Source of the DNA: Enoplolaimus lenunculus | Taxonomy: Eukaryota | Length of the DNA: 64,000 bases | NCBI GenBank assembly: GCA_030248215.1 | Contig: JASANG010002922.1 | Coordinates: 310,001-374,000, forward strand | Reading direction: 5' to 3' | Shown: positions 1 through 13,800 of the stretch, in pieces | Position numbering within the stretch: the stretch's first letter is position 1 | How the letters are laid out: the number at the start of each line of letters is the position of its first letter | Made by a program: the position numbers and the translations under genes | Notes under the pieces: model-generated | Seen by the model: only the letters and a program-made list of their open reading frames with translations | Told to the model about the DNA's origin: nothing | The model's database searches: none

Positions 1-972
1 CTTAAATAAATACTTAAGTAACATTTCAGAAACCCAGCCAATATCAGTTAACAAAATTTTCAAAGTTTACCAGGTAAAAGCTTACAATCAAAGTTAATAT
101 ATTAATCATGCAAAACTCGCAACATTCATTCAATTCTCAACTCGAAATCGACGCATCATCTCTCATCAATCAACACCGAAGACGTCCGAACAGTTTATCC
201 CTACTCAGTTTCAATGGTAACCTCAAGCCACCGAATGTCTCTTATGCATTACCAATTGAATTTCCAGTATCACCGTTGAAACAAATGGTAAATTGTAGGA
301 TAACATCCGTTTCCGACCTGTGTCCGTTTCTGCTTTCTTTATTATATATTTTAGTATTATTTCGTATTCTTTTGTTACTTTCTTTTCGTCTCTCAGTATT
401 TTGCTTATAAGTATAGCAAATTTTGATATATTTTTTATGATAATTAATTAGTAATGCCCACATTGCTACTTTAGATATATTTGGTTTAAGCTTATATATG
501 TATCTATTTACCCGTGAGAACTTGGTATCCGTAGTGCAAGTACGACACAGCGGTATGTCCCTAAATGTGTTTGTTGCAACCAAACTTAGACGGCAGTGCA
601 GCAACTGTAAAATATACGAGAATTTTAACTGTCAACATTGTTGTATTAATTTAAACGAAACCTTTTAGGGTGTAAACTGATATAGTGAAATAGTAACGGA
701 AACGGATAGCGGCCAAAATAACAGAAAAAAGAAACGGATATTGAAGTTTTAAAATGTCAAAATGTTTCATTTTCGAGCTAAAACTGTAGTGACCCGAACA
801 AGAGGGAGAAGTTGATTTATAGTTCGCCTCTCCGGAGGCTACCCGTGTTGCAATTCGGTTCCGTACTGCTATTTGTTTTTCAAATTGCCTCTAGTTGTTT
901 GACAACACCCCTTCAATTTATGCCAGCTGTGTTTTTTAGTTTATTTCTTATGGAATATAATACTTTTTATGT

Positions 973-1243
973 CCCATTCACACGTGCAACTTTTTGCAGC
1001 AAAAACTTGCACGTGCAACTTGCATGTACAAAAGTTTGGTCACAAAGCAGCTTTGACGTTCTTGCAGCTGCAAATTATTTAATGGAATTGTTGTTGTGGA
1101 ATTTAATTCGCACCTGTGAACGCATGCACCTGCATTTTGATTCGCTAAATCGGAACGTTCTTTTGAAAATACTTATTGCTGCAAGTATTTCGTGCAAGTT
1201 GCAGCTGCGAGTTCTCGCTGCAAAAACTTGCACGTTGAATGGG
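973..1243. mobile_element. Palindromic MITE nested in a family C element
   Basis: CCCATTCACACGTGCAACTTTTTGCAGC ... GCTGCAAAAACTTGCACGTTGAATGGG; related TGCAGCTGCAA-rich pieces at ~46700-46830 and ~58325-58370. Confidence 0.75.
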
Positions 1244-3422
1244 ATTCAAGACTTGGATTTGACGCTTTTCGTGTAGGTATTACATTATATTTTGAGTAGT
1301 GAATCAAATTCTGTATTGAACTTGATTTGATTTAGGAAGCATTTGCATAATCTAGGTAGGATAAATGACGTTTTAATATTGGGTTCTATCCGTTTACGAA
1401 ATCTAATCATTAAAATACACTCATATTGACGTACACTCAGAGTAGAAACCAACTGTTATTACCTCCCTATCTCGTACTCGGGTTACTACAACACAGTTGT
1501 GGCATTCAAATATTCTGCGGTCTTTCTAAAATTTTAGAAAATGAATCCAATTTTTAAAGATTTTAGGCGAGTTTCGTTATTTTTATTTCGTATCGAACAA
1601 TTTGCAGCCTGTCAGTAAAGAATTTTTGCGCGATATGTCCGAGATCTAAAACTAATATTGAGCATAAAACTAATTGAAATTTCGGTATTTCTTTAACGGA
1701 AACGGACGCCGATTTTTATCGAAAATGGAAACGGATATCCGGTTCGGCCCTAGCACTATATCAACACAATTATAAACTTTGGCATTACCCGAAAAATAGT
1801 CATTAATAAAGATTCAATATTGTGTCAACTCGAAACAGTTTTTGGTATTAATTCAAGCAATTGATTGCAAAGATTAGGGGCGGAACGTATTTGTCCTGGA
1901 GTGCAATAACAAAAATTTATCGATAATAATTTCGGAACATATAATAAGTATACAAGTTTTCAGTCTTGCTAAAATATATTACTATATCAGAAAACAATAT
2001 TTAACTCATTTTACCATCTTGAACTGTTTAGAGTTCAATCGAAAACCCATCTGCTTAGGGTTGATGGTGAAGTTCGAAATCTGTTACGCCCTTCACAGAT
2101 ACTTAACAGCAAAATCCATGCTATGAAATAGTTTTCGGCTATTAGCTGACATTCTAACGCCCATTATTTTGGTGAACCGTGAATTGCAATATACACATCG
2201 CGCTGCAGTATAAATCAGCAGGCGTACTAAACTGCACATTACAGTTGCAATTAAACTGAAAATGTCGGCAAAAATCAAATGAATATTTTTCATATTTAAG
2301 AAACTCAACATTTTTCTTCAATGCTTGTTTTCTATTTCTTCAAAAATTTAGTATTAAACTAGAATTGCAATCCAATATGCTTTACAACGATCCGTTTCCG
2401 TTATAGAAATACCACAAATTCTGCTATTTTAACGCTCAAAATCACGTATATATCTCGCAAGTCCGCTGAGTACACTGCAAAAAATGGTGAGTCAAATTGA
2501 CTCTCTCCGAAATAGGCTCTACGGGACTACACAAACTGAACCAAATTCGACTCCAATAGAATCAAATTTGACTCGCTAAATCGCACGTTTGACTCTGGTG
2601 GAGTCGAATTTTGTCTCAGTTTGTGTAGTCCCGTAGAGCCTATTTCGGAGGGAGTTCATTTTTTGCAGTGAATTTGCACGTCTCAATTGTGTTTGCAGAA
2701 AAATAAAACATCTTTGAAACTTTTATGTATACCTACTTCTTCAATATTCGTTTTCCGTTTCCGCTATTTCGATCAGTATATATGCGTTTCCGCTGGCGTG
2801 TCTATTATTTTTACTATCCGTTCTGCTAGTTAGCGATAGGTTTTCAATCTGACGAACTCCTATTGTTGCGAAACTCAAATTCGGCGCAAACTGTAGGACA
2901 TTTCAACCACGAAAAATGTGCAGGCATTTTCAGCGTTGCGGTTACCTGCAATTATAAAAGTTATACTACAAAACTTATCAGCAACCAATGATCGATGCTA
3001 CACACATTTGAGAATACAACCGCTAGTCTGCGGCGGCACATCTCAAAACACTCAAATCTCACAAACACAAATAAGTACAAATTGAAATTTTAAATTATTT
3101 TTTGAAAATAAAACTGTTTTCTTGTGTCGAGTGCACCAGTTGGGTTCCTTAATAGCGGTCCTAACAGCCCACAGTAAACATTGATTGCGTGTATGTACAG
3201 TAACCGAAATACACGGATCCAATTACTTTTAAATGCCCCCATATACGAACGGGATTGGCCGGTTTGAAGTTGCTTTCTTGCCGGCTCTATGCGATTCGGT
3301 TTAGTTATAAAGAGTCTTAATTGTTTATTGCGATGGGACTTGTTTAGTTTTTTTTTTGCTTATGGTTCCAATTTTGACAACATCGTACAGCTCATAGTTG
3401 AAAGATAAACCATTGTTAATTT

Positions 3423-3644
3423 GGCCCATGTAACGATCAGGGGCGGAACGTTTTTCTTTGGGACTAGAAAAGAGTAAGCTAAATAGACTAAATGTTTTGC
3501 TTGGCTTAAGCTTAGGCTTAGGCGTAGGAATATGCTCATTCTTACGGTTAGGCTTAGGCGTAGGCTTAGACTTAAGCTTAGGCTTAGGCTAAGGCTTAGG
3601 TATATGTTTATAATACCGTTCCGCCCCTGTTCTTGACATTGGCC
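3423..3644. mobile_element. TTAGGC-carrying MITE (family A, Merlin-like), intact copy
   Basis: TIR GGCCCATGTAACGATCAGGGGCGGAACG ... CGTTCCGCCCCTGTTCTTGACATTGGCC; perfect 8-bp TSD GTTAATTT; internal degenerate (TTAGGC)n. Confidence 0.9.
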
Positions 3645-4080
3645 GTTAATTTTAAGGGCCTGTTTATCAACTTAAGTCTACTCTTAAGCCTAAACCTGAG
3701 CCTATGCGTAAGCCTGGGGCTAATATGGAAATTTGAGCACAGAAAACAAACCGCGAGTGTCAAATGTTTGCATCATAAAGATTCGCGACGGTTGCCGCAA
3801 CCGCCAAACCTTAATTGAACCGCAGGCATACAGGTGAAGGGCGGTAAAAACCTGGTTTGGACAAGATGCAACAACGTTGGATATGAAGAGATATCCCGTC
3901 GAAATTATTGGAAAAACTCGCAATACACACTTTGAAAGTCTGAAGAATATCCTGAACAAGTGAAAATAATTTTCTCACGCGATACGCCCACCGGAAAAAA
4001 GCTTTGGACGTGGTTATCCATTTTGGAATTGAAATCCTGGCAGTGTCCGATGTGAATTGTTAGGTTTTGTTCAAGTTTTT

Positions 4081-4426
4081 GGCCGATGTAAAGAATAGGG
4101 GACAGAATAGTATTACAAGCATATTCCTAAGCCTAAGCCTAAGCCTAAGCCTAAGCGTATGAATGAGCATATTCGTAAGCCTAAGTCTAAGCCTAAGCCT
4201 AAGCGTATGAATGAGCATATTTGTAAGCCTAAGTCTAAGCTTAAGCCTAAGCGTATGAATGAGCATATTTGTAAGCCTAAGTCTAAGCTTAAGCCTAAGC
4301 GTATGAATGAGCATATTCGTAAGCCTAAGCCTAAGTCTAAGCCAAGCAAAAAATTAGTCTAAAGTTTAAGCTTACTCTATTGCAGTCCCACAGAAAAACG
4401 GTCCGCCCGTTATTTTTACATGGGCC
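4081..4426. mobile_element. Family A MITE with internal 48-bp tandem amplification
   Basis: GGCC...TGGGCC termini; four ~48-bp units of (GCCTAA)n-GCGTATGAATGAGCATATT. Confidence 0.85.
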
Positions 4427-5675
4427 AAGATATTTTATCAATCTTTTACGTTGCGGTTTGGACAAATCAGCGTGAGGTGGTATTAATCCTGGCTCGCGTA
4501 AAGATCAGACGCGGAACATTGTTCTGCGGAACCGCAACGGAGTTTAATGTTAAGTTTTACAACAATTTTTTTCTTTACACTTAAATATAAGTTCATTCTT
4601 ACGCTTAGGCTTAGGCTTAGGAATAAGTTATACTACTGTAAACGGTTCAATTCTATACGTTGGCAGTAATCCTTAGATTAACTAATTAGCTTAAACCAAG
4701 GTACAAATCTAAGCGTGAGAGTAGATATTAGGTATATATCCTCAAATCACGTTAGCTCTTAATTCAGCTACCTAAACCTAGGTATTTACGCACTAATGTG
4801 TTCGTGAAAATAGCAAATTATCACCGAAATCAAGTATTACTTAATATATACAACTCTACGCTATATGGGCTTTAGGGGACCGCCCACCCCCTACAAAAGA
4901 CTACGGGGGCATCTAGATTTTTATTGACGTGACGATCCATGTTTACTTTTAGGGCCGTTCCAGTTTCTCGTGGGTCTGTAAAAAAGTAGGCTTACATTCT
5001 AGATTACTTTTTTGCTTAAGCTTACGTTCAGGCTTAGACTTAGGAATACGGTTAATCTACTGTTACGGCCCTAAAAGTAACATTGGCCGGCGTGCCTATA
5101 AATTATATACTGTCAGTGTCAGGTCAATGGGCCAGCGAAATTACAATTTTACTATACTTTAAACTTGGCGGAAAAAGCCAATCGCGCTAGCTAAGTATGA
5201 TCATATGATTATACGATGGGCGGAAGAACTTTATTAAGCGTAAATTGGTAAACCCGACCACATATATACTATAGTGCCAAATAGTCATTAGCGGCCTTTA
5301 TAAAGAGTTTTGCCCCATGAGCACGATTAATCCTAGCCGTATGGTTTTTTTATTTGGGCCAAGCTGGTGCACAGACCGCAGTTTCGTTTTTATTTTGATT
5401 CGCCTTTAATATATGGCAAAGATATACTTTATAGCTGCAAGGTGGTAGTCGCAATTCAGACGTTTTATATCTTAACTGTTGTTGCGGGTAAAGCGGATGT
5501 TTATTTTTATAGATGAACAGGAGTGTACCAAAAGTATGGACCGGGGCGGCACGGTAGTTCAATGTGAATTTTATTTCCGGTTAAGTAATAAGTCGACGCC
5601 TGACAGTTCGTCTACCGACAACTTGTAAATGTAATACGAAATTTTGTCCACTCAACAATTTGTCGCTCATCATTA

Positions 5676-6138
5676 CTGTAGTGACCCGAATAAAAGGGGG
5701 GAATAAGAAGGGGTTCCCCATTTTGAGTCCCAATCAATAGGAGTCCGTATCTCTAATAAGAGTCCGCAAGCGGATAGAGTCCCTAAACCCTAATTAGAGT
5801 CCATAAATGTCAATTATCTCTATTGTAGCGCATCAATGACTCCAGGACCAAATAAAGTTGAGCTAAAAACTTTAAAGCGTACTTAAGTTTTAAAGTAATA
5901 TTCCAATGTATAACCTTGCATTATCGTTCAAGCTTTTGATGCAAGGCAAAAAACGTTTAATTCAACGCATAATTGCAATACGGATATATATCAGTAGCAA
6001 AGAGTGGCAGATGGCGGGTTGAAAATGAATAATCGTGCGTAAACGAACAACAGGGTGGTACCCTCTGGAGAAGCGAAATCAGCCCCCCTCTTATTCGGGT
6101 CAGCGAAATCAGCCCCCGTCTTATTCGGGTCACTACAG
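5676..6138. mobile_element. TA-TSD MITE family C (Tc1/mariner/pogo-like)
   Basis: TA|CTGTAGTGACCCGAATAA ... TTATTCGGGTCACTACAG|TA. Copies at ~784-1481, 10823-11249, 16266-16676, 25636-26213, ~27766-27890, ~38420-39003, 39907-40346 and 52453-52822. Confidence 0.85.
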
Positions 6139-6373
6139 TATACAGGTTTAGTTAAACCTTACACAAAACAGTAAATATTCATGTGAGAAAGCGTTAAACA
6201 GAACAGTGAAGCAACTTTCATTGCAAAAAGTTCCCTAGAAGCGGCACAGTCTATATCATGGCGTACCTACTGCAAGATGAAGATGAAAACAAATAATCAT
6301 GAGCTCTCGCAATATTTCAAAATAAAACATTTGAATCCGGCTCAATCTAAGATTGCCACTATACTTTTGATGA

Positions 6374-6712
6374 CGTCCGTCACCATCCGTCGCCGTCCGT
6401 CACTATCTGTCACCATCCGTCGCCGTCCGTCGCGGTCCGTCACCGTCCGTCACCATCCGTCGCTGTCCGTCACCATCCGTCGCTGTCCGTCACCATCCGT
6501 CACCGTCCGTCACCATCCGTCGCCGTCCGTCACCATCCGTCGCTGTCCGTTGCCGTCCGTCACCATCCGTTGCTGTCCGTCGCCGTTCGTCACCACCCGT
6601 CGCCGTCCGCCACCGTCCGTCGCCGTCCGTCACCGTCCGTCGCCGTCCGTTTCCGTCCGTCGCCGTCCGTCACCATCCGTCACCATCCGCCACCGTCCGT
6701 CACCGTACGTCT
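6374..6712. repeat. 10-bp GC-rich tandem repeat, consensus CRCCRTCCGT (~33 units)
   Basis: Period-10 array; a shorter related segment with similar flanks lies at ~13640-13835. Confidence 0.95.
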
Positions 6713-7815
6713 TTGTGTGGTATCGTACATGAATTATTTACATACAATACAGTATAGTGACGGACGGTGCCGCACGACAAGTGACAAGTATAGCACCACA
6801 CAAGACCATGATGCATGAACCAAAGCCTATAACCTAAACCTTTTCTGAATAGCGTATATCTAATCCTAAAAGCCTACACCTAAGCGAAAACCTAAAACCT
6901 ACGGTTCTATACGGGGCCTGTTACATACTTGACGCCGAACATTCTACCGGCGTGGGTCCACACTTCACTCTGAGATACAACAGTAAATTACACTGTATCT
7001 CTAACATTCATCAAACCGTAAAATTCGTAGCTGTCAGTATAAATTTAGCTGAAACTACGCAATATCGCAAAGAATTGTTGACTGTTAAAACAGATGGTGC
7101 TATTTTAAGCTTAAAAAACCTGGAAATTGAACGGCGACAATGTGAATTAAGTTAATTAAATTATAACGTTTTGACACAGCGTGCTCAGGATACTTAAAGG
7201 AGGTTTCTACCTTATTACACCGTAGCTTAACTAAATGGCCGGCTAAAGTGTCCCCCGGTACCTGAGCATCTGATTTTTTTTAGAAACAGATATAAGATAG
7301 GCCTTTATACACTTCCGCATGGATCAGACTTAGGTTTACAAAAAAGTTTTCTGAGCCTAAACCTACTGCATTGCCTAATCTTTTGGAATAAAGCTTGCAA
7401 TCTGGACCTGCATTTTGGCAGTAAGTCTTGAAACTTTGAACCGACTGGTCGACGGCGTTCATAATTTTGTTTGGTAACTTCATCTGGAGATGTATTCTCA
7501 AATGTGTGTAGCATCGATCAACTGTTCGCGAGAGGATTTGCAACTTTTGACCCAATAATTAGTGAAGGTTAGAAATTTAGCATATTTTTCGCATTTGATT
7601 TGTCCTATTTCTGTGCCAGTTTCAAAGCACCGCAATTGCAGGAGTTCGGCAGTCTGGAAACCTATCGCTGACTGTTAACTTGTGCTATACACGATTGAAA
7701 ATATGGAGCTAGGTTGCCAATTGTAGTAAATTTGTTGTTTCAAATGCTATCGCTAACTGATGATAGGTGCTACATACATTTGAGACTTAGTAAACGAATG
7801 AGAAAAGCGTAAAAA

Positions 7816-10800
7816 ATGAATAACAATGTCTTGCAAGATAAGTCGTATCGGCGTCCAAAACGGCACCGGAGCGTTGCTCGACAATTCCGATTGGGCAGAT
7901 TTTCTATTGCAAGTCAAATGGTAAATAAAAGTTTCATTGGATGGTTTCTTGCGCTGCGTTTTCAGCCAATCATTTGTCTAAAACAGGAATTAGAATATAA
8001 ATTCGGGACTTGTTACCCCCACTAGCGGATCCAGATTGGGTACGCTCCGGCCAGAAAATTTTCCGCGATGAAATGGTGTGATCCCTACCTTACAATTTCC
8101 CCCCTCAGAAAACTGGTACATATATAGCATACAGTAAGAATTGCGTTTACTTCTGCAAGCCAACCCTCTGTCAGAAATTTCTGGATGTTCCATTGGTGAC
8201 CATTACTACGTTTAGTTACGGAATAGTGGAATTTGTAGCATTCTTAGCGATAAAATGGCATTGCTGCAACAATTTAAATTTTGGCCAATGTTAACGTTTA
8301 GAGCCGCAACAGGTACATTAAGCATATTACTCAGGACAGCCTAATCGTAATCCTATGCAAAAAATGTAATCTAAAATCTAAGCTTACTCTTTTACAGTCC
8401 GACTGTAAACCGGGACGGCCCTAAACAATAACATGGGCCGAAATTTGGATCTGGTATACTAATGATATTAAACATGATTGTAGTTTCCGCCCATAAAAAT
8501 TACAGGAGCCTTGCAAAATCTGAGACAGGAAGACTGGGGAACATAGAGATTGGAAATTTTATGTTTAGGCTTATGTTTAGTCTTAAACTCATGTTTAGGT
8601 ATAGGCTTAGGTGTACGCTTAGGCTTCCCGAGAGGCCCCTATATCTTGTGCAAACTGTTATTAATATTTGAACTGGTTAAATAGACGACGTGGCTGAGTT
8701 ACAATAATGACTCAATAACATCCGTTTGCCGATATTTAACGGGAAAAATTTGGAAGGAGTTGTTTACAGTATGATATTACTCCTATTTTGGCTAATGTAT
8801 AGAACAGGATCGTACGTAACAGTAGTATAAGTATATTCCTACATCTATAATGTGTTGTTGAATAGTTTCGGTTTACACTTATTTTTACAAAATATTAGCA
8901 ATTTTATCTTCAACATTGTGCCAAAGATTAAAACAAAACGCGCCAAACAAATAAATTTTGCAAAAGTATGCACAAATTTCCCTGCCAAAATTACCGGGAC
9001 CTCCGGCAAAAAGTCTGCAGAAGCCGAGGCCGGCGATCAATTTTCTGCCGTAGCCGGAGGTAGAAATCCGGTGGTACCCTGAGGACCTCGTTTTAATAAC
9101 ATGAACCTTTAAATTCAAACGCAATATTATGTTTACAGGTTTTCAAAATCGCACTACCACACGTGTTGTTGTTCGTTCTATGCTTTGTTTATTTACTATT
9201 CGGTGCGCTTGTATTCCGACAACTTGAAACTTCAGAAATACAAACAGAATTACAACGATTCAACGAGGTACATTTGGGCGTTTTCTGCAAGGCTTGTTTG
9301 GCGAAATATATCCCGTTTGGAAATATACCACGATATATTCAGATGAGGGGTCAAAACTGTGCTAAGCGGCTGTTTTTAAGGTCTTCTGTCCGTTGCCAAC
9401 AGAGTACACTATGATAAACTTATGTCTAACAACTTTTATTTCGACTGGGTTGTTTATCAGTGCAAGCGTTGAGCCTAATTTATATTTCACATTATGTGGG
9501 TTTTTGTATGCACTTCTCCTCGACATTCTTACGTTTCGCTTCGGGTTAAAATGTTTAGGTTTAGGTTTATCAATATGCTTATACTTCTTTTTAAGCCTAA
9601 GTTTTTGCCACGTTTTTGCTTTGAACCTTTCTCAAACCCTTGGAAAAACTTTAATTGTGAGCATAAACTTTGTATATATATACATATATATATATTCTTC
9701 AATGGACCAGAAAAGCTACTTGTAAAGACAAGCTTACGAAGATAAGTTTGCAAACGAATATTGAACAACAATTCCCTTACAATTTATTTGTTCCAAACAG
9801 TTGTAAATTCTAGTTTACAAAATTGTTTCAGGAACTTAACGAAACTCAATTCGAGCTTATGGAACAACTTCTCGTGGCGCGCATACGTAAACAACAAAGT
9901 CAACTCGATAGCATCAACTCGGGCTATGGAATCAACGATTATTTTGAAGATTCCGAACCAACGCTGGATTTATTTGTGCTGAAGATTGAAGTAAACCAAT
10001 TGCATGTTCCGCAATAAAACTTACGTGTATTTGTCGCAGCTATAGTTGTATTTCAGCCTAATTCAGAATTCGGTTAGTTCAAAGCGGAATTACGACTTAG
10101 GATAGCCCAACGCGCACTTACAGCCGAAATTTGATATGCGTATATTAATAGTTTCATGTGGTGAAACTTTTTCAATCTGTAGTGCATGACAAGCGAAAGT
10201 AAATTGTGATATGGCGTACGCAAGTATCTCAAAGTACATTTAATAATCGATTTGGCTGTTAATAATAAATGTGACTTTTTCTTAGAAATGTTACAAATTT
10301 TGGCCAATGTATAGAACAGCGCCGGAACATTAGTATAAGCATATTCCTAAGTATAAGCCTAAGCCTATGCCTAAACCTAAGCGTCACGATGAGCCTAGAC
10401 CTAAGCCTAAGCCTAAGCCCAAGCAAACAAATTCTAAAGCTTAAGCTTACTCTATTACTTAAAATAAATTTAGATTTCATCGAAAGCCCAGGGCGGATGA
10501 CAAAAGCAATCAAAATTAAAAAATTTCAGATCATTTGAACGTATTTTCTAAACCCCGAAAATTTCTGTATCCGCCCCTGTTTAATCAGATTTTGTTTCGT
10601 TGTATTCTTAGGAACTATACCGATCTCATGAAACTATTGCACGCAAACAAGGCATCAAACAGTTTCATTTTCTTAGTGTATTCTTTTGGACCGTTAGCAC
10701 GCTTACTTCGCTCGGTAAGTATCTCGTAGCCCCACATCTAGAAATTCTTAGTTCAGTGTGGCAGGAACATTTCTGAGGGGAGGCAGTGGTCAAATTTTTC

Positions 10801-13800
10801 AAACACACAATTCTGCTCCCTACTGTAGTGACCAGAATAAGAGCGGGGTCCACATTTTGAGCCCCAATCAATAGGAGTCCGTATCCCTAATAAGAGTCCG
10901 TAAGCGGATATAGTCCCTAAACCCTAATTAGAGTCCATAAATGTCAATTATCGTTAATTGTAGCGCATAAATGACTCCAGGACCAAATAATTTGAGTTCG
11001 AAACTTTAAAGCAGACTTAAATTTTAAAAGTACATCCAAAGTATTACCTAACATTATCGCTCAAGCTATTGACACAGAACGAACAATCGTTTAATTCAAC
11101 TGATAGTTGCAAAACCGGAGATATATCAGTAACGAAGGGTGACGGAGAGCGGGTTGAAAATAAATAACAGTCCGTAACCGAATAACGGGAGAAGTACCCT
11201 CTGGAGAGGCGAAATAATATCAGTCACCCCTCTTATTCGGGTCACTATTAAGTAATGGGGCACCCAGAAACGCAACAGGCGACTGGTACAGTGGCGGATC
11301 CAGGATCTTACAATGGGGGGTCAAAATTTCATAGGTAATAAACTTATTTTTGACCCGCACACAAACCACGAGCTATTGCCATAAAGTTTACTTCTTTACG
11401 TTCGTTCAATTGAGATCAATCACAAATAAAGCTAACGCATCAACGCAGTTTAGTTCTAAGCAACAGAGTGGCAACATAAATTCAGATTTGGTTTCAAACA
11501 GGCAAATATAACTGCCTGGTATTTTCGGAACAGCGTAGAACAGCAATTGACACTATATAATTTTTGTTGAGATGCTGTTGGGGGGGCGCGGCCGGGTTGC
11601 CCCCCATGGATCCGCCATTGGACTGGTACATTCTTTTGTACACAAAATGTATGCCCAGTTGCACACTCTTGTGTAAAAGGTCACCCACTCTTGGTTGAAT
11701 AAATCTTACGGAAGAATGACTATATATCTGTAAAAGCTATCCCTACTATTAGGTAGTGAAATATAGTCGGCAGAAGAAATACTGAGAGGCTTGAAAATAG
11801 CAACCCTAGAGGCATCAATACAGGTCCAGCCAAAGTAATTGTTATAGGGTACGGACAAGACGCACCTTTGACAGAAAACAGTCAAATCTTTTGTATTATT
11901 TACTGTATATTTGGACTTCCGCTTGTCATTGTTATGATCGCTGATTTGGCGAAATTTTTATCAGAGGTAAATGATTTGAGCCATGTATAGAACGGGACCG
12001 ACCAGTAGTATAAGTATATTTCTTAGACCTAAGCCTAAGCGTAAAAATGAGCTCTCACCGAAGCCTAAGCCTAAGCAAAAAATTACTCCAAATCTTAAGC
12101 TTACTCTATTGCAGTCTCGCAGAAAAACGTTTCGCCCGTAATTTTTACATATTCCATGATTGGAGACACAAAGTCCAGGAACGTATATATACAAGCACAA
12201 GGGCATGAGTAGAACTGTCGAAATGTTTGGCTCTGATATTACAGATTCTATTTTCAGAGGGCGTATCTGTTGCAATTGACTATGTCCAAAATTTTGTTAA
12301 TTCAAATAATTGTTTTGAAAAATTTCTTTGTTTACTCGGAGTGTGGGAACTTTCTCACAACGAGACACTCACTGTCAACCGATACCGACTCTCTGGTTTG
12401 TTGGCCAATGTAAAGAACAGGGGCGGAACAGTATTATAGGCTTATTCTTAAGCCTAAGCCTAAGCCTAAACCAAGCAAAAGAATAGTCTAAAGCTTATGC
12501 TTATTCTATTCTAGCACCACAGAAAAACGTTCGGCAAAATTGGCTCACTGGACGTTTAGAGTACCATGAATAAAGAATGGATTAACCATAAAATGCAACG
12601 CGTGCTACGTAGGTGTAAGTAATAAAATCTGTAAACAGCTAGCGACCACTGTTAATTATAGGAAACCGCACATACTAAACTCAATCTTAATACTAAGGTT
12701 CAGCCTAAGCCTCTGACGCTTTAAGTGTCCCAGTCGCGTTGTCTTTCAGTGGGAAGATTCCAAGAATTATCTCGAGTCAACAACTGTATGCAACTAAAGT
12801 GTTTTTTCGTTGCCAAAGCGTATCCAGTTGCATACTCTTGCTTAAAAACTTATTCACTTTCGTTTGTAATAACTATTTGAATTTTGTTTAAGGTTGTACT
12901 GCAAGCTTATTTACGCTATCGACAACTTTCGTTCGATCACAATATTCGATGGACCCCAAAATCGCGAGCTGGTCAAACAGACAGTGACGATAAGATGGCG
13001 GCAGACGCGTACGAACGAAAATTATCCGAAAGAAGAAACGCCACACCGCGTAAGTGTCTAATATTTTTTCCCTAGGTGTTAGTGGCTGAAGATCAGATAC
13101 CTACAGTCAGGATTTTAATTTAGCAGAGTATAACTTCAACGAAAATATTTCCTTATACCATAAATAATCCAAAAAGTTATTTCAAGCCTGAAAACTGGCA
13201 ATTTTTCGGCTCCCAAAAATTAAGGAACGGAATATATGTTTTGTTTGTCCACCGTTATGCCCCCTCACCGTAAATTACGATGAGTTGATTAATCAATTCT
13301 AAAAAGCGAATTAGCAATTTCTGGTTATTTCTAAGTTAATAACAGGAAACATCTCATAAAATCTGGTCTCCAAACTTATTGGTTAATTGCAAGACCAATG
13401 TACTGCGGTCGTTGAGGACTAAAGTGATTTTGCACACTCATTTAGACAGAAAGATGAAGTACTTGAGAGAAAAACTTTAGCAAGTTATAAATATTGGGAC
13501 AACACGGTCTGCACGACCCCTGTCCGAAGTTTTGGCGAAAGTTAAGGACCACGCCGGGAATCGAACCCCGAACCTCTTGCACTCGAGTTAAACACGTTAC
13601 CACTGCACGATGTGGTCGATTGCAACATTTGCTTTTCCTACAGTTAGGATTGCGCTATACTTGACGTCTGACGCCGTCCGTCACCATGCGTCACTGTACG
13701 TCACCTTACGTTATCGTATACGTGAGTTATTTGCATCCAATGCCGCACGGTGACAAGCAGCACCGAACGGTACTATGCGGGTGACGGATGGCGCCGGACG

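Noticed and set aside
812..1276. 154-aa ORF (likewise 58878-59321)
   Set aside because: Lies across MITE sequence; no domain similarity or splice support.
3500..3600. True telomere or chromosome fusion site
   Set aside because: TTAGGC tracts are short, degenerate, in both orientations across the window, and typically bounded by TIRs/TSDs.
4060..4362. ORFs rich in LRLRL/LGLGL/KPKPK, and a CRISPR-like periodic array
   Set aside because: These are translations of TTAGGC repeats. The 48-bp units have no unique spacers, no cas genes are present, and the context is eukaryotic.
6277..6818. RRPSPSVT-rich ORFs
   Set aside because: Products of the 10-bp minisatellite; no splice-consistent link to a gene.
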